A model generated the notes under the pieces. The model saw only the letters and a program-made list of their open reading frames with translations, was not told where the DNA came from and ran no database searches. Positions 10,134-18,277 of a DNA stretch of 64,000 nucleotides are shown piece after piece. The number at the start of each line of letters is the position of its first letter. Position 1 is the stretch's first letter. Source of the DNA: a virus; IMG/VR virus record IMGVR_UViG_3300010413_000013, positions 12,010-76,009 of that record; one strand, written 5' to 3'. Position numbers and translations under genes: made by a program.

Positions 10134-10350
10134 TTTATATTTATTAGTAGACGTTAGTTTTAGGCCGTTTAATAGACATATAATTACATATAATAGACAC
10201 AAAATAAAACTATTAAATAAATCTACTAATAATTTCAGCTACTTAAAAAACCACTTTAAAGCGGTATTCCAACAAAAAAAATACAAAAAAAGATCATAAA
10301 AAATTTAACTATTATCTATAATAATATCAGCTATTTAGACAAGAAGGTGT

Positions 10351-10379
10351 TTGACAAGCAGATCTACCTATATTACATA
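10351..10379 (+). promoter_or_regulatory. Sigma70-like early promoter
   Basis: Perfect TTGACA at 10351, weak -10 (TACATA at 17 bp spacing), A-tracts upstream. Confidence 0.5.
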
Positions 10380-10384
10380 ACAGT

Positions 10385-10823
10385 TGCCCGGTAAGGGTAT
10401 AGGTTCTCTACATAAGCTTTCCGGAAAGCTAAAACACTTTCGCAGGTTTAATGGTAAATCCGGTATTACCCTCCTGCTGATATCTTTAAAAATTTGGAAT
10501 GATCTTGAAACAAGCAAGCTCCCTTTGCTGATAAAAGCTTGCCTGTTTTTCCTCTGGTAGACTTCTCCTAGTCTGCTATGTAAGTCTTCCTAAGTGGGGA
10601 AGCAATTCCGACTATATAACTCCAGAAGGTAGAAATATAGTAATTATTCTTTTCTGATAAATTGTACAAGGTGGAGACATAAGCGTGAACTTCATTCTTT
10701 GAGGTAGACAGTAAATTGATGGTAGAAGAAAAGAATAATGGTAAATGGTCCCACTTCCTATCATCAGTATGGGAAGTAAAGAAATGCTATGATGTAATAA
10801 TAGGTAGTAGTATTTCGGGACCA
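10385..10823 (+). ncRNA. Putative structured ncRNA or long 5' leader
   Basis: No plausible ORF; at least 8 consecutive helices, several completed by G-U pairs on the plus strand, including a three-way junction at 10746-10823. Confidence 0.6.
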
Positions 10824-10832
10824 AATAAGAGA

Positions 10833-11313
10833 TATTTTATCTTCTTATTTAAGGATAGTAGAGAAAGGTTAGGTTTATTATGAGAATCACTAATACTACA
10901 TACGATCAATTGCAAGAAGCATTAGCAACAGTAAATGAAATGTTTGATAATAACATTACATTTAAAAACTGTACTGCTGCTAATACAAAAGAAACAATTT
11001 GGAATGTTTCACTTAGGGCTGTTGATAGTAGAAAAGCTGGTGCTAGAAGAAGTCCGGGTAGACTTGGTAGAAATGATAGAAGAAGTATTGCTGCTTGCTG
11101 GCATGTTCATGGATACTTCCATGATGCATTGCCAAAAAATGCTACTATTACTACTGGATACTATAATCACAGAACAAAGAAGCATCCCGGTGATCCTTGG
11201 GTAGAACAAAATATGCAAATAGGCTGGGGAACAATACGCCCAATGAGTGATTTGTGTGATTGTGAATAATTTTTATTTTTACTTCTACTATCCTTAAACA
11301 AGAAGATAAGATA
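10833..11313. repeat. 30-bp inverted repeat (10833-10862 / 11284-11313) enclosing one gene
   Basis: TATTTTATCTTCTTATTTAAGGATAGTAGA vs TCTACTATCCTTAAACAAGAAGATAAGATA: 28 Watson-Crick pairs, 1 G-U, 1 mismatch. Confidence 0.9.
10880..11269 (+). CDS. Early hypothetical protein, possibly metal-binding
   Basis: CWHVHG and C-terminal CDC; first gene after the leader. Confidence 0.7.
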   Translation: MRITNTTYDQLQEALATVNEMFDNNITFKNCTAANTKETIWNVSLRAVDSRKAGARRSPGRLGRNDRRSIAACWHVHGYFHDALPKNATITTGYYNHRTKKHPGDPWVEQNMQIGWGTIRPMSDLCDCE

Positions 11314-11315
11314 GA

Positions 11316-11601
11316 TTTATTCTCTTATTAGTGGGGAAGAGAAAGAGTAGGTGTATTATGACAAACTTTGAAAAATATCCTTTCAAGGTAGGACAAGCAG
11401 TAATCTACAATTCTTCTTCCGATAATGAAGACCATTGTGCTTTAATCAAGAAGGTTATAGAAGAGAATCTTCTTGTAGAGGATTGTAAGCCAAGAGCATA
11501 TTGGGAAAAAGAAGAAGATCTTCTTTTTTGGATTCATGTTTCTTCTGTTACCGCAGTAGCATGATAAACATTTTTTGCTTCCCCACTAATAAGAGAATAA
11601 A
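11316..11601. repeat. Perfect 24-bp inverted repeat (11316-11339 / 11578-11601) enclosing one gene
   Basis: TTTATTCTCTTATTAGTGGGGAAG and its exact reverse complement. Confidence 0.92.
11358..11564 (+). CDS. Small early protein, possible SH3/KOW-like fold
   Basis: ATG at 11358 after AGGTG; FKVGQAV motif. Confidence 0.6.
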   Translation: MTNFEKYPFKVGQAVIYNSSSDNEDHCALIKKVIEENLLVEDCKPRAYWEKEEDLLFWIHVSSVTAVA

Positions 11602-11623
11602 ATATAACCAAAGGAGGTATGTT

Positions 11624-11818
11624 ATGAAACGTATTACAGTAGTATTTTTTAATAATGATAGAAAGTATGTGGGTTGGAAGTATATGCATAATACTACCTA
11701 TAGAGAAGTTAGAAATTGGTGCTTATCAGGAAACTTTGTAACTGTAGAAAAGAGAGTTTTTAATTTCGCTAACCATACAAAACTTCTAACAGGTATCTAT
11801 AGAAGAATACTACAATAA
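11624..11818 (+). CDS. Hypothetical early protein
   Basis: AAGGAGGT RBS before MKRITVVFF. Confidence 0.6.
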   Translation: MKRITVVFFNNDRKYVGWKYMHNTTYREVRNWCLSGNFVTVEKRVFNFANHTKLLTGIYRRILQ

Positions 11819-11830
11819 AGGGAGGTAAAA

Positions 11831-12028
11831 ATGCTTTGCAGTGATTATGATAAGAAAGAAGTAAATGAGGTTAGAAGAGAAGATAGCTATCATCCTATGT
11901 ATCATGCTCCACTAGCAAGGAAAATGCCTAGATTTTCAAGTAGAAAAGAAAGAAATGGTAGAGTACATATCTTCTCAAAAACAGAGATTAAACAATATAT
12001 AAAGGAGAAAAACAATGCCGAATTTTAA
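11831..12028 (+). CDS. Hypothetical early protein
   Basis: GGGAGGT RBS. Confidence 0.6.
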   Translation: MLCSDYDKKEVNEVRREDSYHPMYHAPLARKMPRFSSRKERNGRVHIFSKTEIKQYIKEKNNAEF

Positions 12029-12189
12029 AATTGATTTTGATGTAACGATGGTAGTAAAAGCTGCTACCAAATTTGATGCTTATCAAAAAGCATTTAAGAT
12101 TCATTTAGGAGAATTAGAAAAAGAACTACATAAGGGAAATATAGAAGAGTGGGAAGCAACATTAGTTAAAACAATAAAGGAGGTATAAA

Positions 12190-12486
12190 ATGCCATGCTA
12201 CCAAGTAAATTTAGTATCAGTAGAATTTAAGGTAGGTAATAGTCAAATTCTACTTGATATGCTGGAAAGAAAGCAAATGTCATATGTGAAAGATGGTAAT
12301 ACTATTTATATTACTGGTGGAATTAGAGTAAATCTGGAAAAACAAACAATAGTAGCAGGAAGTAATTACCAAGCTAATACTATTAAGAGAGGTTATGCAG
12401 AACAGGTATTGATGACAGTAGCAAAAAAGAAGAGGTGGGCATTTAAGAAAAAGAATGATGGTAAATACCAGATTAGGAGGTTTTAA
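12190..12486 (+). CDS. DUF1257/Ycf35-like protein
   Basis: C-terminal IKRGYAEQVLMTVAKKKRW pattern; neighbourhood with DUF2997-like and Ycf46-like genes. Confidence 0.5.
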   Translation: MPCYQVNLVSVEFKVGNSQILLDMLERKQMSYVKDGNTIYITGGIRVNLEKQTIVAGSNYQANTIKRGYAEQVLMTVAKKKRWAFKKKNDGKYQIRRF

Positions 12487-12487
12487 A

Positions 12488-12703
12488 ATGGCTAATACAT
12501 TTGAAGTAGAAATATTAGAAGATGGAATGTTAAAAATAGATTCAGAAGCATTTTCAGAAAGTATGCATAAAAATGCTGACGATCTGCTAGAAGCAATAAT
12601 AGAAGCAATGGGAGGTAGTGTTACCACTACAAAAAAAGAACACAATTTCTGGAAAAATAAAAATGTATTGAAGGGTGGAAAGATAGTAGAGGTGAAAAAA
12701 TGA
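12488..12703 (+). CDS. DUF2997-like small protein
   Basis: FEVEILEDGMLKID...IIEAMGGSV pattern; AGGAGG RBS. Confidence 0.5.
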   Translation: MANTFEVEILEDGMLKIDSEAFSESMHKNADDLLEAIIEAMGGSVTTTKKEHNFWKNKNVLKGGKIVEVKK

Positions 12704-12936
12704 GAAAAATGCAACAGAAAAAGTATTTTAATAGAGGCTACAAGCCTACAGAAAACCGTGAAAGACACGAAGCAAAGCTGTTAGCTAATGAATTGTATAT
12801 GGCTCCATTTTATAGATACCTAAAAGCAGAGAAGAAAAACAATACTTTTAAAAGCAAGTTTCATAGAAAAGCCTATAACCATTTAACGAAGTCTATCCAA
12901 AGGTTGAATGAAATAGCAATGGAAGACTTTAGGTAG
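12700..12936 (+). CDS. Hypothetical protein
   Basis: ATGA overlap. Confidence 0.5.
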   Translation: MRKMQQKKYFNRGYKPTENRERHEAKLLANELYMAPFYRYLKAEKKNNTFKSKFHRKAYNHLTKSIQRLNEIAMEDFR

Positions 12937-12947
12937 GAAGGTGTGTT

Positions 12948-13160
12948 ATGTGTACTATTTTAAATGCTACCAATTGGGTATTGAGAGCAGATCTCGAAAA
13001 GAGAAATGCCAGAAGAAATGGTACTTTTCAATTTTATTCAAAGAGATTTGTAGATAGAGAAATTTGGCAAGGTTCGGAAGGTGTCTTCCTTGCTAATAAG
13101 GTTATGACTTTCTCTAGGGTAATTATGCAAATGAAGAAATCATGTATTTATAGCAATTAA
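12948..13160 (+). CDS. Hypothetical protein
   Basis: RBS and tight packing. Confidence 0.45.
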   Translation: MCTILNATNWVLRADLEKRNARRNGTFQFYSKRFVDREIWQGSEGVFLANKVMTFSRVIMQMKKSCIYSN

Positions 13161-13175
13161 AGGAGGGTAGAGAAA

Positions 13176-14636
13176 ATGAAAGAACTTGTACTAGGTATAA
13201 AAGCAGGATTTAGTTTATTCTATTTAAATACCTATGAACCAAATGCTGCTATAGATGATGTAAAGAAAGAATTAGAAGAGTTAAAAGAAAATGGCACAAT
13301 ATCAAATATCAAAGAGTGGGATTTTACAGAAAGTGGTGATCCTTCAGAAGTAATAGAAATGCTTTCTGGTGAAAATGCAGAAAATAGAATGGTGGTAATA
13401 GCAAAGAATCTGAATTGGTTTATGCAGGAAGAGGTGGAAGGTAGTAGAACTATTAATCAGTTTCTATTAAATAATATTGAGAAGTTTTCCACTGCTGGTA
13501 ATAGGAGATCATTAGTAGTAGTATCGGCAGATCCTATAGAGAAAGCTATTCCAGCTTGTCTAGTCCAGCATTTCAGATATATAGAATTTAAGCTACCTGA
13601 TAGAGAAGAAATAAAAGAGTTATGGGAAGCATTTAAAGAAGATTATAAAGAAAATCCAAATTGGAAATTACCGGATGATGAAAAACTGGTAATAGAGTAT
13701 GCTAGAGGGTTGACTAGAACTGGAGTAGTAAATGCTTTCTCCCTTGCTACTATTAAAGGGAAGGGAAAGATAGATCCTTTAGAGATAGCTTATTTAAGAG
13801 CAGAAGAAATTGAAAAAACACCGGGTGTGAAATTGGGGAAATTCGGAAAAAACTTCTCTTCTCTAAAAGGTTATGATGTAATCAAGAGATTTGTTAAAAC
13901 TACTGGTAAATCTAAACTAGCTAAAGGTGTATTACTTCTTGGACCTCCGGGGGTAGGAAAGACACACTTTGCAGAATGTGTAGCTAATGAACTTGGTTTA
14001 CTTTGTATTATTGGTGAACTTGCGGAACTAATGGGAGAAGGTTTAGTAGGACAAGCAGAAGCAGCATATAAGAAATTTATTCAAGTAGTAGTTGCTAATG
14101 CTCCTTGTGTTCTGGTATTGGATGAAGTAGAAAAAGGACTTTCTGGAGTTAATAATAAAGGTACTAGTGGAGATTCTACTACTAAGAAATCTGCTTCTCA
14201 ATTGTTGAAACTTATGTCTAATGAGGTGGAAAGAGAAGGTTTATACATTATGGGAACTTGCAATGAAAAAGATTCTCTACCTCCAGAATGGTTAAGAGCA
14301 GAAAGGTGGGATGGAGTATTTTATATTCCATTACCAAATAGTGCAGAACAGAAAGCTATTCTAGATCACTATATGAAAGAATATGATGTAAAAGGGAAAG
14401 CACCAAATATGAAAGGTTGGAGTGGAGCAGAAATCAAAACCTGTTGTAGACTTGCCAAAATGATGAATACTACTCTAGATGATGCTTCAAAGTTTGTTAT
14501 TCCTATTAGTAAAACAAAGAAAGAAGAAATAGAAGCATTAGAAAAGTGGGCATTTGCTGGTAATTGTTTAATAGCAAGTACGCCAGAAGATAAGAAAGAA
14601 ATAAAAACAAGCAATAAAAGAGCAGTAGACTTTTAA
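13176..14636 (+). CDS. AAA+ ATPase, Ycf46-like (degenerate N-terminal AAA + active C-terminal AAA)
   Basis: KGVLLLGPPGVGKT, LVLDEVEKGL, TCN..LPPEWLRAERWD, GWSGAEI. Confidence 0.85.
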   Translation: MKELVLGIKAGFSLFYLNTYEPNAAIDDVKKELEELKENGTISNIKEWDFTESGDPSEVIEMLSGENAENRMVVIAKNLNWFMQEEVEGSRTINQFLLNNIEKFSTAGNRRSLVVVSADPIEKAIPACLVQHFRYIEFKLPDREEIKELWEAFKEDYKENPNWKLPDDEKLVIEYARGLTRTGVVNAFSLATIKGKGKIDPLEIAYLRAEEIEKTPGVKLGKFGKNFSSLKGYDVIKRFVKTTGKSKLAKGVLLLGPPGVGKTHFAECVANELGLLCIIGELAELMGEGLVGQAEAAYKKFIQVVVANAPCVLVLDEVEKGLSGVNNKGTSGDSTTKKSASQLLKLMSNEVEREGLYIMGTCNEKDSLPPEWLRAERWDGVFYIPLPNSAEQKAILDHYMKEYDVKGKAPNMKGWSGAEIKTCCRLAKMMNTTLDDASKFVIPISKTKKEEIEALEKWAFAGNCLIASTPEDKKEIKTSNKRAVDF

Positions 14637-14651
14637 TCAAAGGAGAAAAAA

Positions 14652-15029
14652 ATGAATGAACAGGAATTTAAAGAAAATTACAAATGTATGCAAATGAAAA
14701 TATCGTATCCTAAACTTCAAGGTGATATTGATATTGAATTGCCTCTGTTTAGAAGAAGAGTAGAAAACACATTAGAAAAAGCTAATAAGATGTTTGGAGA
14801 ATTACAGCATGTTCTATTGATAGATATAACAGAGAATAATACTAATGTAGCAGTTGTGGTAATGAAACACATTGAAGATGAAAATGTAGAACATTTTATG
14901 AAAATATTAGGTGGAGAAGTAATGGTTGAAGCTGCTAGATCTAATGGTAGAGATGAACTATCAACAACAGAACTAATACAAATTATGTCAGCAATGCAAA
15001 ATGCTGAAGAAGAAAAGGAGCAAAAATGA
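14652..15029 (+). CDS. Hypothetical protein
   Basis: AAGGAG RBS. Confidence 0.6.
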   Translation: MNEQEFKENYKCMQMKISYPKLQGDIDIELPLFRRRVENTLEKANKMFGELQHVLLIDITENNTNVAVVVMKHIEDENVEHFMKILGGEVMVEAARSNGRDELSTTELIQIMSAMQNAEEEKEQK

Positions 15030-15898
15030 AAGTACAAAAAGTAAATACAGAAGGAATTTTTCTAAATGTCAAGATAAGAATGTGGGGAGCGAGTAGTAAA
15101 GTAGAGAAAGACAAGCTTGGCTCCCTTCCTTCCGATATCGTAAAAGCTACACAAGCACTAATTTTGGAAGAAGATAAAGAAAAGCTTGAACAATTGGGAA
15201 AGATTAAAACAAAAGTCACTGTTACCTACCTTAATAGTGTTTCTTTTCCATTTCCTGTACTTGGATTTGTAATGGTTCCTAGAGAAAGAGTAATGGAAAT
15301 TGATAGGTACTTGGAAGAAGTAAAAAAGGAATTTTTTGAAGTAGTAGATGGAATGGATATTGAAAAATACAAAGAAAACTTTAAAGCTAAACACCCTAAG
15401 TATTATAAACCAAACAAGTATCCATCGCAAAAATATTTTAGATCCCATTTCGCTTTCGAGTGGAGTTTTAAAGATTTATCTCCTAGTGATTCTCTGAAGT
15501 CAATAGATCCAAAGCTGTACAAAGAAGAGCAGGATAAATTCAAAGAAGATATTAAACAAATGGAAGAAGATACAATAAATCTTATTTCTAATGACATTCT
15601 AATGAGAGTAAACAATCTAAAAGATATGTGTTCTGGAAAGAAGAGAATAAGCCAACGAACCATTAATGGTCTGGAAAGTCTTCTTGAAAAGTGGGATATG
15701 TTATGGAAAGGTTTTATTAGTAATGATGCTTTAAAAGAAGCAATTGCAAAAATTAAAGAAAACATAGTAGACCTAAATGCAGATGATTTGAGGTTCGATA
15801 GAGCAGCAAAAAGACAAGTTAAAAAAGCAGTAACAGAAATTATTGATACTGTACAAACTGAAGTAGAGAATATTGGAAAACGTGATCTGGTATTCTAA
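15026..15898 (+). CDS. DUF3150-like protein
   Basis: LNVKIRMWGAS, SFPF..GFVMVP, YPS...F.FEW pattern. Confidence 0.55.
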   Translation: MKVQKVNTEGIFLNVKIRMWGASSKVEKDKLGSLPSDIVKATQALILEEDKEKLEQLGKIKTKVTVTYLNSVSFPFPVLGFVMVPRERVMEIDRYLEEVKKEFFEVVDGMDIEKYKENFKAKHPKYYKPNKYPSQKYFRSHFAFEWSFKDLSPSDSLKSIDPKLYKEEQDKFKEDIKQMEEDTINLISNDILMRVNNLKDMCSGKKRISQRTINGLESLLEKWDMLWKGFISNDALKEAIAKIKENIVDLNADDLRFDRAAKRQVKKAVTEIIDTVQTEVENIGKRDLVF

Positions 15899-15902
15899 AC
15901 AA

Positions 15903-15940
15903 AATACTCCCCATAGTGAGAAATTGCTATGGGGAGTATT
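15903..15940 (+). terminator. Hairpin, likely terminator or processing site
   Basis: 14-bp perfect stem AATACTCCCCATAG/CTATGGGGAGTATT right after the stop codon. Confidence 0.65.
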
Positions 15941-16224
15941 GTTGTATGGAGAGAAGCATTTTTAATTATTAGTACGTTTAGCAAATCCGTCGTAGTAATT
16001 TCCCAAAATTTTTTAAATAGGAGATAGAAAAATGAAACCAAGAAATTTTCCAGCTAGAATCTATCAGAGAAGAGTAGAAGCAATAGAAAGATTAGAGAAA
16101 GAGGATTATAAACAAGGAAATGAAAAAGCTATTACCAATACAAAAGCAAAGATTAAACACCAAACACTTTCAGAACAAAGATCTGTAAGAACAAAAAAAG
16201 ACAGAAGCTAGGAGGTAATTAAAT

Positions 16225-16746
16225 ATGGAAGCACCAATAACAAAAATGCGGTTATTACTGTTTGAAGACTGTAATAGAGGCTGTCCCGGTTGCTGTAACA
16301 AAGATTGGAATTTAAACACATTGCCAAAAGTAGAAGATGAAGACTTTAAACACTTTAAAGAATTTCTACTAACAGGAGGTGAACCATTATTAAAACCAGA
16401 AGTAGTAGTAGACACAATTTACAGAATAAGAAGAAATAATAAAGATGCAAAAATCTATGTCTACACTGCACAACTAGACATGCTTACTCCCTTCTACTAT
16501 ATTTGTAGAGTAGGAGTAGAAGGGTACACAGTGACCTTACACAACCAAAAAGATGTTGAACATTTCAATAATTTTCAACTTTGGTTTAATTTATGGTACA
16601 ATGCAGAACGATACAGCATGAGAGTAAATGTGTTTAAAGGCATAGAATTACCGGAAATTATCTTCCCTTGGTGGAAAATAAAAAGAAATATGGTATGGAG
16701 AAAAAACTGTCCATTACCAAATGGTGAAATTTTTATGCGACTTTGA
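16225..16746 (+). CDS. Radical SAM protein (short)
   Basis: CNRGCPGC (CxxxCxxC), LTGGEPLL. Confidence 0.85.
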   Translation: MEAPITKMRLLLFEDCNRGCPGCCNKDWNLNTLPKVEDEDFKHFKEFLLTGGEPLLKPEVVVDTIYRIRRNNKDAKIYVYTAQLDMLTPFYYICRVGVEGYTVTLHNQKDVEHFNNFQLWFNLWYNAERYSMRVNVFKGIELPEIIFPWWKIKRNMVWRKNCPLPNGEIFMRL

Positions 16747-16765
16747 ACAAAAATGTGGTATAATA
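16743..16765 (+). promoter_or_regulatory. Promoter, copy of the 4387 motif
   Basis: Identical 23-mer containing TGGTATAAT. Confidence 0.75.
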
Positions 16766-16828
16766 TAAACATAGGGTTAGAAAGGATAGATAGTAGAAGT
16801 CTACTATCCATTTATTAAAGGAGGCAAA

Positions 16829-17632
16829 ATGGCAAAAAAACGAACAGAGAAGATACCAATAGAAATTGGTACTACTACTAAAGAAGAAATATTTAAATAT
16901 ATCTACAACCAATACAAAACTGCACCAGATCAAGAAGCATTTATAGTAGCTTTAAAAGATGATAACTATTCTATGGAAAGACATATGATAGTAGCTACTA
17001 TGAAATACCTCTATCCAAATCAGAAAAACATAGAAGAAACAATAGAAGAATGGATAGTTAATATTGAAAAACATCTTAGTAAGAAAGTTTATTCGGATGC
17101 TATTAATAGAAAAGTAGAAACCTGTCAAGAAGAACTTGGGGAACTGTTGAAATGTTCTACTGGAGATGATATAAGAAATCGTTTAAAAGATATTGTAGTA
17201 GAGATAATGAGTATAGACAGAGCAGTAATAGAAATTGATAAAGGACCAATGATAGAAAGAATACCAGAAAAAATATACTATCCAACTACATTTCTCAATG
17301 TTAGAGTAATACTAGCAAGTCCCTCAAAATTTTCTACTGTAATGCTTTTTAATGGAGAACAATGGTTAGCTACTCTTGAATTTAATGAAGAGTATAACAA
17401 ACCTTGGCATTTAAAAATGGTAGATGCTCTCCATAATACTGAAGAACGGTTTTATTCTACTAAAGAAAGTGGTATCAAAACAATGGTAGCTGAAGTAGTA
17501 TTAAATAGATTTATGAATGCTGTACCTTTCAACTTCATAGAAGACATACAGGAAAAGGTGTCTAATGAAAAAAAGAAGACAGAGAATACCACTCCCACCA
17601 AAGAGAAAGAAACTAAGATTAAAGAAAATTAA
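16829..17632 (+). CDS. Hypothetical protein
   Basis: AAGGAGG RBS, 267 aa. Confidence 0.7.
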   Translation: MAKKRTEKIPIEIGTTTKEEIFKYIYNQYKTAPDQEAFIVALKDDNYSMERHMIVATMKYLYPNQKNIEETIEEWIVNIEKHLSKKVYSDAINRKVETCQEELGELLKCSTGDDIRNRLKDIVVEIMSIDRAVIEIDKGPMIERIPEKIYYPTTFLNVRVILASPSKFSTVMLFNGEQWLATLEFNEEYNKPWHLKMVDALHNTEERFYSTKESGIKTMVAEVVLNRFMNAVPFNFIEDIQEKVSNEKKKTENTTPTKEKETKIKEN

Positions 17633-17912
17633 GTATAGAATAGTAGGTAGATTATACTTCCCTGATTTTTACATACCATGTAAGATAAGAAGAGGTAGAA
17701 AGCTTTATGAAAGTAGACAGAGTATTAAATCCTGTATTAGTAAATACTTTCTACCGAATGATGAAACAACAAAGCTTTTTCCTGATTGTGCAGGATGTGA
17801 AAGATGGATAGAATACCTACCAGAAACTTATTATGGTGAAGTATTTGGGAAAGATTCTACCTATTCAGATGAACCAATTATACTTAAAACAAACAAAAGA
17901 AAAAGGAAGTGA
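17565..17912 (+). CDS. Hypothetical basic Cys-containing protein
   Basis: ORF fills gap; CAGC. Confidence 0.5.
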   Translation: MKKRRQRIPLPPKRKKLRLKKIKYRIVGRLYFPDFYIPCKIRRGRKLYESRQSIKSCISKYFLPNDETTKLFPDCAGCERWIEYLPETYYGEVFGKDSTYSDEPIILKTNKRKRK

Positions 17913-17915
17913 ACT

Positions 17916-18266
17916 ATGGAAACACTTCCAGCAAGAAATGAAAGAATTGGATATGACAAATGTGTAGAAGATAATGTTTTAAAAGATGCTTTAATGGATC
18001 TAGCTTTGTTTAGCATAAATACTAAGAAAGGAGAAAGCATATTACAAAGATGGTTGAAAGAGTACAATAGTAGTCGATTATTTAGAGGTTATATTAATGA
18101 AGTTTCAAGAGAAAAAAGAAGCAAAAGGAAACAAAAGGCTTTATCAATGGTAATTAAAGAAAATAGAAAAGGAGGTGATAAAAGACTAGATAGTGATATC
18201 TATTGTCTATCAGTATTTAATAAGAAACGAAGGACTAAAAAAATAAGAAGGAGGATTATATTATAG
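17916..18266 (+). CDS. Hypothetical basic protein
   Basis: ORF packing. Confidence 0.5.
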   Translation: METLPARNERIGYDKCVEDNVLKDALMDLALFSINTKKGESILQRWLKEYNSSRLFRGYINEVSREKRSKRKQKALSMVIKENRKGGDKRLDSDIYCLSVFNKKRRTKKIRRRIIL

Positions 18267-18277
18267 GGGAGTAGTAA

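Noticed and set aside
10643-10823. Hammerhead ribozyme or known riboswitch
   Set aside because: The CUGAnGA/GAAA core is not correctly placed and I recognise no aptamer consensus.
10833-11601. IS/MITE interpretation of the inverted repeats
   Set aside because: No transposase, no evident target-site duplications, and the two IR pairs differ in sequence.
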